This document shows positions 50,240-64,000 of a stretch of DNA of 64,000 nucleotides, piece after piece. Origin of the DNA: Chiloscyllium plagiosum (Eukaryota); NCBI RefSeq assembly GCF_004010195.1, contig NC_057758.1, forward strand, positions 4,188,962-4,252,961. The letters run 5' to 3'. How positions within the stretch are numbered: position 1 is the stretch's first letter; every line of letters begins with the position of its first letter. The notes under the pieces are model-generated. The model saw nothing but the letters and a program-made list of their open reading frames with translations. It was not told the DNA's origin and searched no databases. Made by a program: the position numbers and the translations under genes.

Positions 50240-52060
50240 CCTATGTAACCAGTAACATCATTCGGTACTATCCACAACACCACCGACATTAGTGTCATCC
50301 GCAAATTCACTAATCCATTTTCATATGCGTTCACCAACTCATTTATAAAAATGATAATCAGCAGTAGCCCGAAACAGATTGTTGCAGTACATCATGAGTA
50401 ACGGAACTCCAGGATGAATATTTCCCATCAATGACCACGTTCTGTCTACTTTTAATGGCCAACTTCTGGTCGAAACCGCTAAATCGACCTCAATTTTGTG
50501 CAGCAGCCTATTGTGGGGAAATAATAGCCTTATTGAAATCCCCATACACCACATCGACCGCTTTACCCTCATCTACCCATTTTCTCACCATCTCAAAGAA
50601 ATCAATAAAGTGTACGAGGCAAGATCTCGCTTTGAAAAACCGTGGTAACTATCCCTTCTCGATTTATTCCTCTCCAGATGATTATAAGTCCTATCGTCTA
50701 TAACCTTTTTCCATCACTACGCACACACAAAGTAAAACACACTGGACCATAATTTCGATGGTTCATTCCACCCGCTACCATATTTGAATAAAGGGACGAC
50801 ATTTGCTACTCGCCAGTCTTCTGGCAATATCCTTGTAGGCAATAGCGACATAAAGATCAAAGCAAAAACTCTGCAATCTCCTCCCCGACATCCCAGTAAA
50901 TCCTCGGATAAATCCTATCTGGTCGAAGGTACTTATTTATTTTCAGACTTTCCAGAATAGCGAAGACCTCTTCCTTGCGAACATAAATTCCATCTCGTCC
51001 ACTAGACTATATCTCCGTGTTCTCCTTGAAAACATTGTCCTTTTCGTGTGTGAACACTGACGAAAGTTATATATTTAGCACTTTCCCTATTTCCTTGGAC
51101 TCCATACACAACTTCCCACAACTTTCATTGATTGACCCTAATCTTTCTCTACTTATCCTTTTATTTCTGACACACCGGCAGAATGATTTAGGGTTTGCAT
51201 TGATCCTATCCACCAGCGATGTCTCATGACCATTCCTGGTTCTTCTGAACTCTCTCTTTATGTCTTCAATGGCTGACTTGTAACACTCAAGCACCCTAAA
51301 TGACCCTTCCCGTCTCATCCTAACATAAGTCTTCTTCTTTTGCTTGACAAGTGATTCAACTTCTTCAATAAACTGCGGATCCCTCGTTCGCCCAGTTCTT
51401 CCCTGCCTGACACACAGTCGCTGTTCATTGAATAAGCTCCACATTTCAATTGCGCCCATCACTGCAGTTTTCTTCCGCATCTTACGCATCATTAAACTTG
51501 CTTAATCGCATCATATTTGCCTTTACCCCACCAATAACTGATGTCCTGTGTTATACAACTGAAGCTTTCCATCGCTAAAGGAAACGTAACCGAATTGTGG
51601 TCACCATCGCCAAAGTGTTCACGTACTACCAAATCTAACACCTGGCCAGTAGCAAACTCCCAAGGGGTGAGCTCTGTTTTCCTGTTTCGAACCTCTGCCC
51701 ATACTATGTCAGTAGACGAGTATTCAAGCATCCTGTCTGTCACCGTAATACTGTTCTTGACGAACAATGCCACACCACCCTATCTTTTAACATCTTATCT
51801 GTTATTTCTGAAACATCTAAATCCGGATCCTGCAACAAACATTACTATCCCTGCTCTATCCATGTCTCTAAAATGGTCATAATATCGAAGTCCCAGGTAA
51901 CAACCTCTGCTGCAAGTTCACCCATCTTATTCCGGATGCTCCTGGCATTGATGTAGACTTTCTTCAGACGACCTTCCTATTTACCAGTAAACTCTTGATA
52001 CCTTGAAACCATATTTCTGGCCTCTCTACTCTCAACCTCTTGGCACTGCATCCACAATTT
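50240..52060 (-). mobile_element. CR1 LINE ORF2 (endonuclease to RT), decayed
   Basis: Minus-strand peptides ALFVKNSITV, EHFGDGDHNSVTF, RINANPKSFCRCVRNKR. Confidence 0.85.
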
Positions 52061-52064
52061 ACGT

Positions 52065-52650
52065 TGGCTTTCATTAGAAGGGGGATTGAGTTTAAGAACT
52101 GTGACATTATGCTACTGTTCTATCGAACCCAGGTTCAACACACTTGGAATATTATATTCAGTTCTGCTCACCTCATTACAGAAGTGATGCGGAAGCTTTA
52201 GCAGAGATTTAACAGATGCTGTCTGAACTGGAGAACATGTATTATAAAGAAAGTGTGACGCAGCTCAGACTTTTCTCTTTTGGAGTTAAGAAGGATGACT
52301 TCATAGAGGTGTGCTAGGTGTTGAGAAGTAACGATAGCCAGAGGCATTTTCCCAGAGTGGAGATGTCTATCATGAGAGGGTCACAAATTTAAGCTGATTG
52401 GAAGAAGTTTAAGGGGAGATGTCAGGGGTACGTTCTTTACACAGATAGTGGCGGGTGCGTGCACTGCACTGCGAACTGTGGAGTAGAGTCAGATACATTA
52501 GGGACATTTAAGCGACTCGTGGATAGGCAGATGAAAGTTGATTCAGTGAAAGATCTGCAGGTTTGTTTGATCTCAGAGCATGATAAAAGGCTGGCAAAGC
52601 ATCGAGGACCGAAGGGACTGTATATTACTATGCTCTTCTTCATTCTATGT
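52065..52650 (+). mobile_element. CR1 LINE 3' end
   Basis: ttggctttcattagaagggggattgagtttaag; gaagtttaaggggagatgtcagggg; cattctatgttct tail. Confidence 0.8.
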
Positions 52651-54089
52651 TCTCCCAAGTTTGTGGGGCATGATCTCACACGCACCAAAACATGCTGACT
52701 ATTTTTAATCAAAACCTGTCTATCCAAATGCTTGCATATCTTAACTGTCAGAATCTAATCTTACTAACACAGATGTTTGTTTTGCTGCTCTGTACATCCA
52801 AGGATGTACTAAGTAGCCCTTCTCTAATAAGTGCACAATAATCGCTGTCGTCGAGTCTTCTGGGGTCACTCATGGCTAACACCGTTGCAAAAATGTCAGC
52901 CAGGATTACATAATTTCTTCTCTGTTAATTGCTTAGTTGGTGCCACTGGCAACTATGTTACACACATTGGCATCTGCTTGTAAATTTGGCACTGGGCTAT
53001 TTTCAGAAACATGTAATCTCTCGATTTTTGGGAGTCCACATCACGTTTCTATCTCTACAGAGGCAAATCATGCGGTGGGCAGGTGAAATGCAACAGTTTA
53101 TGTGAGTATCTGATCAACAACTCCTAAAACAGTTATTTATATGTAGACAACATCTCTGATCCGTTTTAAGTATTCTAAATGCGATAGACAAAGCTCAGTG
53201 ATCCTACAATGAATGAATCATATCACGCAAAATGAATGCAATTGCCTCAACCTTTGGATATAATCTGACGTGCTCGTCTCCTCAATCCTCGAGGAAGGAT
53301 TATGGAAGATTATGGAAGATCCCCTTTCCTTTGGCTGCTTACTTTTCCATCTCTGGTCACAGCTAGAATTGTAGAAAGGAGTTTGGTCAGAAACATTTTT
53401 ACGGAACCACTGTAGGTTCAAATTCAGAAATACACAGAGAACTGTCAGGCTTGTGCTGACAAAAAGCAAGGGAACTTTGTTTCACACCGTTTTCAGTAAA
53501 GGCCGAATTCGAACAAAATGAAATCAAAACCAGTACCCGCCGCCACGGCCTTGATTCACATTGATGTTCCCATCGCTGAATGTCGCACAAGTAACATCCT
53601 GTGTTCACCACTCATTTCTAGCTGAACCTGAAAACAACATTTATCCTGGTGTTACATCATCCATAGCATCAACTCTTGATTCTACGTAGGATACAATTTT
53701 CCGTTTGATTAATAATCTGTTGAACACTTGAAAAATGACGATCTGCTCTATCCCCATAGGGGCAGCAGTGTGCATCTTGTACAATATACACCGTTGCGGC
53801 TCGCAAAGGTCCCTTTGGCAGCACTTTCTGCAGCCATGAACAGTAACAAGAGAATAAAAGAGACGGCAAATCTAGTGATAACTTGATGGTCACTTTCAAA
53901 CCAGAACGCATTAAGACATAGAACGACATGAGCGTTTCTTCACAATAATGGGGACAGAACTGTGTGCATTGCTTCCTGACAGCACTGTCGCATGATCTGA
54001 CCCCAGCACAGAGGTGCAGTGCCTCAAGTGAGGGAGTTCATCGCCACTTTCTGTAGGGCAATTGGTGTGAGAATTGTATGCTACTTTGA

Positions 54090-54296
54090 AAAAGTGGTAG
54101 TGCGGCACTGGAAAATCACAACCGATCAGGCAGCAACCGAGGACCAGAAGAATCAGGCATAGGACCTACATCAATAAGGGCTTATGCCCGGAACGTCAAT
54201 TATCTTGCTTCTTGCATGTTGCCTGACCTTCTGTGCTTTTGCAGCAACACAATCTCGACTCTGATCTTCACTATATGCAGTCCTCACCTTTTTCTG
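54090..54296 (+). mobile_element. Degenerate palindromic Penelope pLTR-derived insertion
   Basis: ctggaaaatcacaaccgatcaggcagc ... aagggcttatgcccggaacgtc ... ttgcctgaccttctgtgcttttgcagc ... gcagtcctcacc; hammerhead core mutated. Confidence 0.65.
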
Positions 54297-55044
54297 CCAT
54301 GAAAAAAAACACCGCACTCAGTAACGGAACGAGAACTAGCACCGATAAGCACAATGAAGAGGAATATTTGGTACACATTATGACGCCTTATGGGATGTGA
54401 TGTCGGAGGCAAGTAAACATTTGATACAGAATCAGGTGTAGAGCGATGGAATCTGCACCAGTGACCGATATGTGAGTCATTTCATGAAAAAAAACGAGTC
54501 TCTAAGATTTCAGAGATTGTAAGTATTTTAAATATTCTCGCTGTTTAATGCATTTAACATTTTGTTTAAAAGACAATTCAGCATATTCTTCAACTGCTTG
54601 GTGAACTTAGTCTCAGACACAACATAATGACAACTTTTTTTACAGCAACTCAGGAAACGCAGCACAAAAGATATGTCACAAAAAAAAGGTCAGGCGTCCA
54701 TGTCGGACTGTAACCAAAGATATACATGCATCTTAATATCGGATAAACAATCAGCATTGTCCATAGTAAGGCAAAACTCCCCGGGATAACAACAGTAAAA
54801 CAATTCACTTCCTTCAATTATTCACGCTCATCTCCTTCTGTTCATCTCGCATGGCTAATATCACAAGTGATTGCACAACGTAACTCAGAGTCCCCAAAGA
54901 CATTTTTCGAAAACCAAATCAGATGTGTAAACTGAGAAATTACCAGGATTTGATGATTTCACCGAAAAAGAAATTCTATTTTTTGCAGTTATCTCCGAAG
55001 GTTAACAGAGGGTGGCATTGTACCACTAAACACAAGAACACACG

Positions 55045-55078
55045 GAGATAGAGAGACAGATAGAGAGAGTTTGTGTGG

Positions 55079-55127
<49 letters not shown>

Positions 55128-55400
55128 TGTGAGAGAGATAGTCTAACCCTTTGATCCATCATGTTTTCATTCCTTCATTCAAATTGTGTCCTGTTGCAGG
55201 CAGATTATCTTTGTCAAATATACACATGCACACGAACAGAGACGCACCTACACACAGAGACACAGACACAGCTACATACAGTGACACGCACGCATATATA
55301 AACAAAAAAAATCACAATTATTTGTACGCATGCATAACAAAACATACACACAAACAGGCACTCAAAGACAGGTACATATAGATACACATACACAGACACT
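55045..55400. repeat. (GT)n(GA)n microsatellite and degenerate (CA)n tract
   Basis: gtgtgtgagagagaga run at ~55075-55140; CA-rich tract ~55220-55400. Confidence 0.85.
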
Positions 55401-55429
55401 CAATGTGCCTCGGCATATTATCAGGGAAG

Positions 55430-56377
55430 TAGCTGAAAGGGGCGGAGAGGTCAGGAAGAAGATTGCAGGTTAGGAAGGCCGTGCTAAGTTCGAGGGATTT
55501 GACTGAGACAAGGTGGGGTGAAGGGAAATGAGGAAACTGGAGAAATCTGAGTTCATCCCTTGTGGTTGGATGATTCCAAGGCGGAAGATGAGGCGCTCTT
55601 CCTCCAACCGTCGTGTTGCTATGGTCTGGCGATGGAGAAGTCCAAGGACCTGCATGTCCTTGGAGGAGTGGGACGGGGAATTGAAGTGTTGAGCCACGGG
55701 GTGGTTGGGTTGGTTGGTCCAGGTGTCCCAGAGGTGTTCTCTGAAACGTTCTGCAAGTAGGCGGCCTGTCTCCCCAATATAGGGGAGGCCACATCGGGTG
55801 CAGTGGATCTAATAGATGATGTGTGTGGAGGTGCAGGTGAATTTGTGGCGGATATGGAAGCATCCCTTGGGGCCTTGGAGGGAAGTAAGGGGGGAGGTGT
55901 GGGCGCAAGTTTTGCATTTCTTGCAGTTGCTCGGGAAGGGGACGGGAGTAGAAGGTTGGTGGGGGGTGTGGACCAGACGAGGGAGTCACGGACGGAGTGG
56001 TCTTTTCGGAACGCTGATAGTGGAGGGGAGGGAAATATATACCTGGTGATGGAGTCCGTTTGGAGGTGGCGGAAATGACGGCGGATGATATGCTGTACAT
56101 GGAGGTTGGTGGGGTGGTAGGTGAGGACCAGTGGGGTTCTGTCCTGGTGGCGGTTGCAGGTGCGGGGCTCTAGGGCGGAGGAGCGGGAAGTGGAAGAGAT
56201 GCGGTGGAGGGCATCGTCGACCACGTCTGGGGGGAAATTGCGGTCCTTGAAGAAGGAGGCCATCTGGGTTGTATGGGTTTGGAACTGGTCCTCCTGGGAG
56301 CAGATGCGGCGGAGACGAAGGAATTGGGAATATGGGATGGCGTTTTTACAGGGGGCATGGTGGGAGGAGGTGCAGTC
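55430..56377 (-). mobile_element. Young, truncated Penelope-like retroelement (RT C-terminus, Cys-rich linker, GIY-YIG endonuclease)
   Basis: DCTSSHHAPCKNAIPYSQFLRLRRICS..PLVLTYHP..SAFRKDHSVRDSLV; after one frameshift CKKCKTC..FTCTSTHIIY*IHCTRCGLPYIGETGRLLAERFREH..HFNSPSH..PQGMN. Confidence 0.92.
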
Positions 56378-59300
56378 TTAATCTTTCCAAACAACTCCAG
56401 TCTGTCCAATCTCTCTTCACGTCTGAAACTCTTCAGCTCATGCACGGTATTGGTCAATTGCATATCATCCCCAACCCACCCCCATCCATTATAATCACAT
56501 TCTTCCTATCTTGAGTATTCCATAAGGGCTCGCAATACTTTGCCTGTGCCCTGAGCAACATTTTGTACAGTTCCAGCTTTCTCAGCGGTACCACCACTGT
56601 TTAAAATCTTCTGTTAAGAGCTGAACGGCTGTCTGAGTCTGGGATAGAGCCCTGAGCAGCTGAGCAAGACGTCTCAAAACATTGCTGCTTTTACATGGAG
56701 ACCTAGTTCTGGTACAGCATGCGAGTAGCTGAGGGATGGACCATACTCCTGACCATACCTAAGGACTCTCAGCCCACTGGCCAACTTGCTTACCAGAAGG
56801 TCCAAAAGGCATTAAGCCAGTTAGGAGCGACTATTTATGAGGATTAGATTCTATCGCACTCATTGCAATTGACAAGAGTCAAAGACAATATCATTGAAAT
56901 ATGCAATATTTGTAAGGGACGCGAAAGGTGAGGTGCAGAAATGCCATTTACCCAGAGGTCGAGTTGAGGACCAGGGAGATTCGTCTCATAATAATGGGTC
57001 ACCGATTGAGGTGCAATTTCCTGTCTCAGAGGATAGTAAACCTTTGGAATTCTTTACCGCAGATGGCTGTGGAGGTTGGGTATTTCAGTATATTTAAGGC
57101 TGTGACAAATTAAGTTTAATCAGGATGGGGAATCGAGAGTTATGGGGAAAATGCAGGGAAGTCGATTCAGTATGATCTGAACAGTCGCAATCTCATGGAG
57201 TCCCAATGCAGTCTCGATGAGCGTTCTGTGGAGAGAAGATGCTATTTGGGTTAGTGAGACTCAACAAAACACAATACCCCAAGTATGGTCTCGCTAAACC
57301 CCTGTATAACTTCAATGAGCCATCCCAACTTCTGAACTCCATTCCCCTTGCAGATAAGGCCAACATATCATTTGACTTGCATTAACGGACGCAGTAAGTG
57401 AGCTGTTGATTCCAAGCAACTTGAGAACATGGTCAGACAGGATAGTGACTGGTTCCGTTTCAGAGGAAATTTCGAACAAAATAACATGCGAACAACAAAA
57501 TTATTCAAATATTTTGTTATGGACCAGGCCTGCCACGCCATCAAAATATTTCAAGGAAGTAGCCCAGACCCTAACTTTGTTAATTGTCTGAAGCAGGTGC
57601 AGAGCAGCTATTCCTGAGTGATGCAGCTGGCCCCACCAGTTAGTTTGCAGAAAATCAGAATTAATTTGCAAGATTAGCGAATGGAACACAAACAACAGAG
57701 ACCAGAATATACACAAACGTAACCGATCTGAAAGCGGAACAGATTATCCCAACTTAATCATGTTGCAAATTACTGCAACAACCTCCATAAACGCGGCCTT
57801 GGCACAAAATATAAAATCAAACAGGGCCCACTGGGGAGAGACAGCAGAGAGATTTAGCATGGAATACCTTCTTCCATCGCTTATTAGACCAGCAACCTCA
57901 AAACTGACTGATTACTTGCTCTAAACAGCCAGACTGCTCAATCTGAAACCAAACCAAGGGCAACATAACCGTGTCAAAGAAGAAACATGGTCAGACTTGG
58001 GAAACACAATCACCACATCCCAGACAAGGGGAGAGTTGAGAAAGTCGTGCCAGCACGGTATTAATGACTTGGAGCAAAGAAGTGAACATTCAGACACCAA
58101 AATTGTTCACAACATTACGATCGGTGGAATGGCAAGTTGCGAGCAAAATCTAAACAATTTATTGAAATATATTAATTGTTCAAGTTAGTGGACACAAAAT
58201 TGACAAGTATCGTATAACATTGAAAGACGTGAAGATATTTGTTTTGGAAGGGGGAATTTTAAATGAAGAAAACTGCAACACAATGGGACTTGGGAGAAAA
58301 TGTTCCCGAAACACAAAAAGCTGGTAGATAGGGGCAACAGACATTCACAAAGGCTATTGGAATGTTGATCCTTATTTCAAGAGTTTCAAGTATCATATCA
58401 GGGAGGTCTGACTGCAACTGATCAAGGTTCTGGGGAGACAATGTCTGGAATACTGTAAACAGATTTTGTTCCCTCATTGAAGGAAAAATGTCATTTTATT
58501 GGAGGCAGTTTAGTGAAGGTACACTAGGATGATTTCAGGTTTGAAGGGAGTATCTCATAAGCAAAGCCTAAGTCTGTCGGGATCCATTCACTGAATATTT
58601 CGAGAATAAACGTTGTTTTCAAGTGGAGCATACATGATTCTGAAGCGTGATTGAAAGGGTAAATGCTGATAGGAGGTTTTCCTTCATAGTGGAATCCAGG
58701 ACCAGAGAATCAGAATAAGTAAGCAGCAATTTAGACAGAGATGAGGAGGAATTTCTTCTCTCGGGAGGTTGTGAATTTTTGGAACTCTGTGTCATAGAGA
58801 GCTATGGTGGCCAGACGTTTTGGGTAAACGTAAGATAGGTAGACTTTATCAGTCGGGGATTCACGGGTTACAGACGAAGTCAGGAAAGTGGATGAGACGA
58901 ATTTTGGAACAGAGACGATCCTCTCTTACTGGAAGAGCAGGTTTGAGGGGCAGACCTGTCCACTCCTCTTCGTATCTGATTTTAAATAACGTTTTTCTCA
59001 ACCATTCATTCCAAAATGATATTTTCCCCGTTCAGACGTCAACAAGTTTAATGTTTAGAAACCTGTAATCATTTTGGAGAACATGACCAGACGCGGGGTA
59101 CAGGGCGGGTGTCGGAATGGTAGGCTCGGGGTAAGGTGTGAATTATGAAGGCGATCCAGTGTAACCATTATCTTGTAATCAGACGGCCTATTCAGTCATA
59201 TTTGGTCACTCAACAATTCTCAGTTGCTGGATTGTCTATGTCAAAACAATCACTACTCTGTTGCACGGCTGATACTTGGATGCTACGAAGTGCACTTTCT

Positions 59301-62068
59301 ACAGGAAAATAGCATCTGAAGTGATAAATATTGACAGTGTCAGATAACTAACATATGGACACTCGACAGTATGCAGATTGTGCACTGCCTTCAGTAATAC
59401 AATATGTACAGTGTTGGAGAACTGCGATTTGGACATTCAGCAGCATGCATCATATGCATTATCTGCAATCATTCAATGTCTACAGAGTGGGAGACTGATA
59501 ATTGAACATTCAGCTCTGTAGACTGTATTTGGGAAACAGGATGGCAGAATTAGATGCTGGATCTTTTACACTCTTCAACGTGGGACAATGTAGATTTTGT
59601 TGAGCTCTGGGAGACGGAAGGGAGCTTTGTGGCCTGTGAGTCTATGTTAGAGAACTCAAAAATCGGAAAATAGGAAGTCCGCTGAGTGGTCTTGTGGTGA
59701 CATGAAAGTGACTCTGTCTTTTATCCAGTAGATCTGGGTTAATCGAGGAATGGAATCCTGCAGCACGGAGACAGTGCCATTGTCTTGACATCCACGACAT
59801 TCAAAATGTTAATCACCGTTAACTCCATTTCTCTTGGCCCATATCCTTCTAAACCTTTCCTCTCTACGTATTGGTTAAAATGTATTTTAAATATTGTTAA
59901 TGTACCTGCCCCAGCCACTGCTGCTGTCAGTTCATCCCCAATACATTCCATTTCATATGCGTACCACCCTCTGTGCAAAACGTTACCCCTCAGTTTTCTT
60001 TTTATTGTTTCCACTTTAAACGTAAGTTGATGCAATGTCGTCCTCAATTATCCAACGGTCGAAAAAGACTGAGCGCATTCACCCTATCCATTCCTCTCAA
60101 GATCTGACACACTTCTAAAAAAATCTGCTTCGCCCCCGTCTCCTATACACTGAAGAAAGATATCCTAGCTTGTCCAATCTCTCCCTATAACCAGACCATT
60201 GAGACCAGGCAACATTCTTGTGAATTTATTTTGCACTCTTTCCAGTTTAATACCATCCTTCCAACAGCAAGGTGACCAATACTGAACACAATACGCTAAC
60301 CTCCTGTACAAATGACACATGACTGCCCAACTTCTATACTCAATGACTTGACTGATGAAGGCCAGTGTGCAGTAAGCCTTCTTCATTGCCGTTTCTACCT
60401 GAGACTCCACTTTCAGGGAACCCTGGATCTGAAATCCAAAGTCCATCTGTTCCACGACACTCCTTAATGCCCTACCTTTTACTATGAACTCCTACCTTTA
60501 TGTGACTTCCCAACAAATGCAAGACCTCACGTTTATCTATAGCAAACTTCATTTGACAAATTTCAGACCACTTCCCCAGCTGATCAAGTCCTGCTGCCAT
60601 TTCAGTCACCTTCTTCACTCTCCATGGTGCCACCTGTTTTAATGTCACCTGCAAATCTGCTCTTCAGGCCATGTCCAGTCTCATCCAAAACAGTGATACA
60701 GATAACAAACAACAGTGTGCCCTGCACCGATCATTGAGGCACTCCACGAGTCACAGGCCTCCAGTCAGACAAGAAACTGTCCACAATATCCTCTGATTTC
60801 TACCATCAAGCCAACTATGTTTCCAATTTGCCAGACCTTCTGGATTCCATACGAACTGACCTTCCAGAGCAGCCTACCATATGGATCCTTATCAAAGAAC
60901 ATCCTAAAATCCATATAAGCCGCATCTATGGCCCCGCTCTCAATAAACTTCCTGGTCGGTTCATCAATGAAGTCGAACAAATTTGACAAGCATGACATCC
61001 CAAGCAAATAAAAAAAGTCCATGCTGACTGTTCCTAATTACCCCTATATGTCTAAATACTGGATTATCTTTTGTCAGGATCTGTTCACGTAACCTACCTA
61101 CCAGGGATATTCACCTTATTGATCTTTCTTTCCCAGGCTTTTATTTACCGCCCTTCTTGAATAAGGGCACGCAGTTCGCTGTTCTGCGGTCTTCTGGGAC
61201 GTCACCCGTGGTTAATAAAAATGCAAAAATATCAGCCAATGTCCTCGCGACGACTTCTCTGGCATTTGTCAAGCTTGTAATTTGGATAGGCCAAGTTGGA
61301 TTTGTTATCGGCTAATGAAACAGGCCAGGTGTTAGTTTTGAAGGTAGCTAAGCAATTTGGTGATAGTGACCACAATTCGGTTGTGTTTCCTATTGTGATG
61401 GAAACGGAGATGTATATACTGCATGGTGTGGGACATAGCTGGGGAAAAGGCAATTTTGATGCAATTAGGCAAGTTTTAGTGAAACAAACGGAAGATAATG
61501 GGCACCATTGAAAAGTGGAGCTTGATTAAGGAACAGGTACTGAATGTTCTTGATAAGTAAGTCCCTGTCAGGCAGGGAGGAAAGGGTTCAGCGAGGGCGT
61601 CGTTGTTAACTAAAGCAGTTGAATCCGTTATCAAGGAAGAAAGAGGCTTAAAGAAAGATGGCGCGTAAAGGCTCAGTGATGGCGCTAAAAAATTATAAGT
61701 TAGCCAGGATCGACTTAAAGAGAGAGCTAAGCAGTGACATGAGAGGACATGAGAATCTTTGGCAGGTCAGATCAAGAAAACCTGTTATGCTTTGTATAGC
61801 TATGTCAGGGATAAAAGAATGACAAGGTTTATATAAGGGGCAGTCAAGAGTAGCCCTTGGAAGGTGCGTGTGGAGTTTGAGGAGATAGGGCAGGCGTGAA
61901 AAGAATACTTCGCGTCCGTATTTACACTGGAAATAGACAATGTTGGCAAGGAGCATACTGAGAGACGAGACATTAAATGAGACAGGATTGAGGTTCAGAA
62001 GGGGGAGGTGGTAGCAATTCTGTAAGTTTTCAAAGGAAATATTTCCCTTGGACCGAATGGGATTTGAT
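56376..62068 (+). repeat. Segmental duplication, copy B, direct part (corresponds to 34315-~39923)
   Basis: Starts tcttaatctttccaaacaa as at 34315; ends ccgaatgggatttgat at the gap, as at ~39923. Confidence 0.95.
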
Positions 62069-62568
62069 NNNNNNNNNNNNNNNNNNNNNNNNNNNNNNNN
62101 NNNNNNNNNNNNNNNNNNNNNNNNNNNNNNNNNNNNNNNNNNNNNNNNNNNNNNNNNNNNNNNNNNNNNNNNNNNNNNNNNNNNNNNNNNNNNNNNNNNN
62201 NNNNNNNNNNNNNNNNNNNNNNNNNNNNNNNNNNNNNNNNNNNNNNNNNNNNNNNNNNNNNNNNNNNNNNNNNNNNNNNNNNNNNNNNNNNNNNNNNNNN
62301 NNNNNNNNNNNNNNNNNNNNNNNNNNNNNNNNNNNNNNNNNNNNNNNNNNNNNNNNNNNNNNNNNNNNNNNNNNNNNNNNNNNNNNNNNNNNNNNNNNNN
62401 NNNNNNNNNNNNNNNNNNNNNNNNNNNNNNNNNNNNNNNNNNNNNNNNNNNNNNNNNNNNNNNNNNNNNNNNNNNNNNNNNNNNNNNNNNNNNNNNNNNN
62501 NNNNNNNNNNNNNNNNNNNNNNNNNNNNNNNNNNNNNNNNNNNNNNNNNNNNNNNNNNNNNNNNNNNN

Positions 62569-64000
62569 AGAGATGTCCCCTGAAGTAACAAAGTAATAAT
62601 GTATATGGAGATGAGCAGGAAATGGGCAAGTTCCTCCATGATCATTTATCCTCTGCGTTTGTCTTGGAATAAGATATCAAGACTGAGGAACTTGGGGATG
62701 TTTTTGTGATATCCTGGGGAAAGACCACAACACAGCAGAGGTTATTTTGAATGTATTAGAAGTTATTAAAATGGAATGCTCTCCTAGTTCTGAACAGATA
62801 TATCCAAGAGCACAGTGCAGCTCTTCAACACTCTTTGCGCCGTTCTGTGAAACCAATCTGAAGCTCGTCTGACTGTCATTATTCCATTGTCATCCAATGT
62901 TTATCCAATGACAGTTAAATGCCCTTAACGTTTGTGAGTCGACGACTGTTGCAGGGAGGGCGTTCCAGGCACTTACTACTCTCTGACTATAAAAGCCTCC
63001 ATCTCACATCTGTCCTCCGTCTATCATCTCTCAATTTGTAAGTTATGTTCCCCCGTGCTAGTCATCATCATTCGAGGAAAGGGACTCTCACTATCCAACC
63101 TATCCATCCTCTGACCACCTTTTATGCCTCAATTACATGACCTGTCTGCATTCTCTCTAACGAAAGCAGCCTCAAGTACCATAGCCTTTCCTCTTCAGAT
63201 CTTCCTTCCATATCAGGCAACATCCTGGTAAATGTCCCTTGCGCCCTTTCCAAAAATCACACATCATTTCTCTCATGCAGCAACCAGAACTGCATGCAGT
63301 ACTCCAAGTGAAGCTGCACCAGTGACTCGTACAGCAACATGATCTGATTGCATCGCAACTGAACCCCTCACCTATAAAAGCAAACACACTATACAATATA
63401 TTGATATCCCTATCAACCTGAGTGGCATCGATCAGGGGTATGTGTACATACACACTGAAATCTCTGTGCTCATCCACACTCCCAAGAATCTTACCATGCA
63501 CACTTCTCCGCCTTAACTCTATTTACCATCTGTCAGCCGAGTTCTGCAGCTTGTCATTGTCGGTCTGGAACCTGCAACATCCTATTGGCACTGACCACAA
63601 CTCTACTGACTTTAGTGTCACCCGCAAATTCATTAACCCATCTTTCTACGCTCTCACCCAGTTCCTTCAATACAAATGACAAACAGCACCTGTCCCAAAA
63701 CACATCTTTGCGGTATACCGCTAGTAAATGTTCATATCCCATCAAAGAAAGCCCCTTCTGTCTTCTTTCAGCGAGCCAATCTCTGATCCAAAATGGTAAA
63801 CCACACTCAATCCTATGCCTCCATATGTTGTGCAATAGCTTGTCACGGAGAACCTTATCAATCGCCTTACTGAAATTATATACACTGCATTATAACTTTA
63901 CCCGAATCCACCTGTTTGGTTACCTTCTGAAACAACTCAGTAAGGTTTTTGAGGCACGACGTACCCTTTACAAAACCGTGTTGACAAGCGCAAATCAAAT
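62569..64000 (-). repeat. Segmental duplication, copy B, inverted part (corresponds to 41598 down to ~40186)
   Basis: 62569 agagatgtcccctgaagtaac is the reverse complement of ~41578-41598; the window end caaatcaaat is the reverse complement of ~40186-40195. Confidence 0.92.

Noticed and set aside
44370..50248. Long ORFs spanning N runs (also 61995-62645)
   Set aside because: Gap artefacts
55318..56100. 260-aa proline-rich ORF as a novel gene
   Set aside because: Alternative reading frame of the C-rich Penelope coding strand

Overview
Repeat-dense vertebrate genomic DNA, almost certainly from an elasmobranch (shark-type HE1 SINEs, CR1, Penelope-like elements and a DeuSINE-like element), with four assembly gaps (810-1309, 44502-45001, 49274-50130, 62069-62568). 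Gene content is limited to two convergent paralogous class A GPCRs of the GPR139/GPR142-like type. One is an open exon 2 (1312-2184, +; its 5' part lies in a gap). The other is a two-exon pseudogene (8953-7714, -) that still has its splice sites, a TATA box and a possible homeodomain plus O/E-like promoter module. The most striking non-annotated structure is a set of very short (90-220 bp) Penelope terminal-repeat-derived insertions. They carry minimal hammerhead ribozyme motifs (CTGANGA-stem II-GAAACGTH), have 12-15 bp target-site duplications, and two of them are ~90-bp-arm palindromes. A ~7.3 kb segmental duplication (34315-41598 vs 56376-64000) starts exactly at the truncated end of a young Penelope element, contains tracts that look identical between copies, and has an inverted terminal contig. 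Weak traces of decayed LTR-element-like and keratin-like coding sequence are reported at low confidence. All family assignments come from recognising sequence and motifs by eye, not from database searches.
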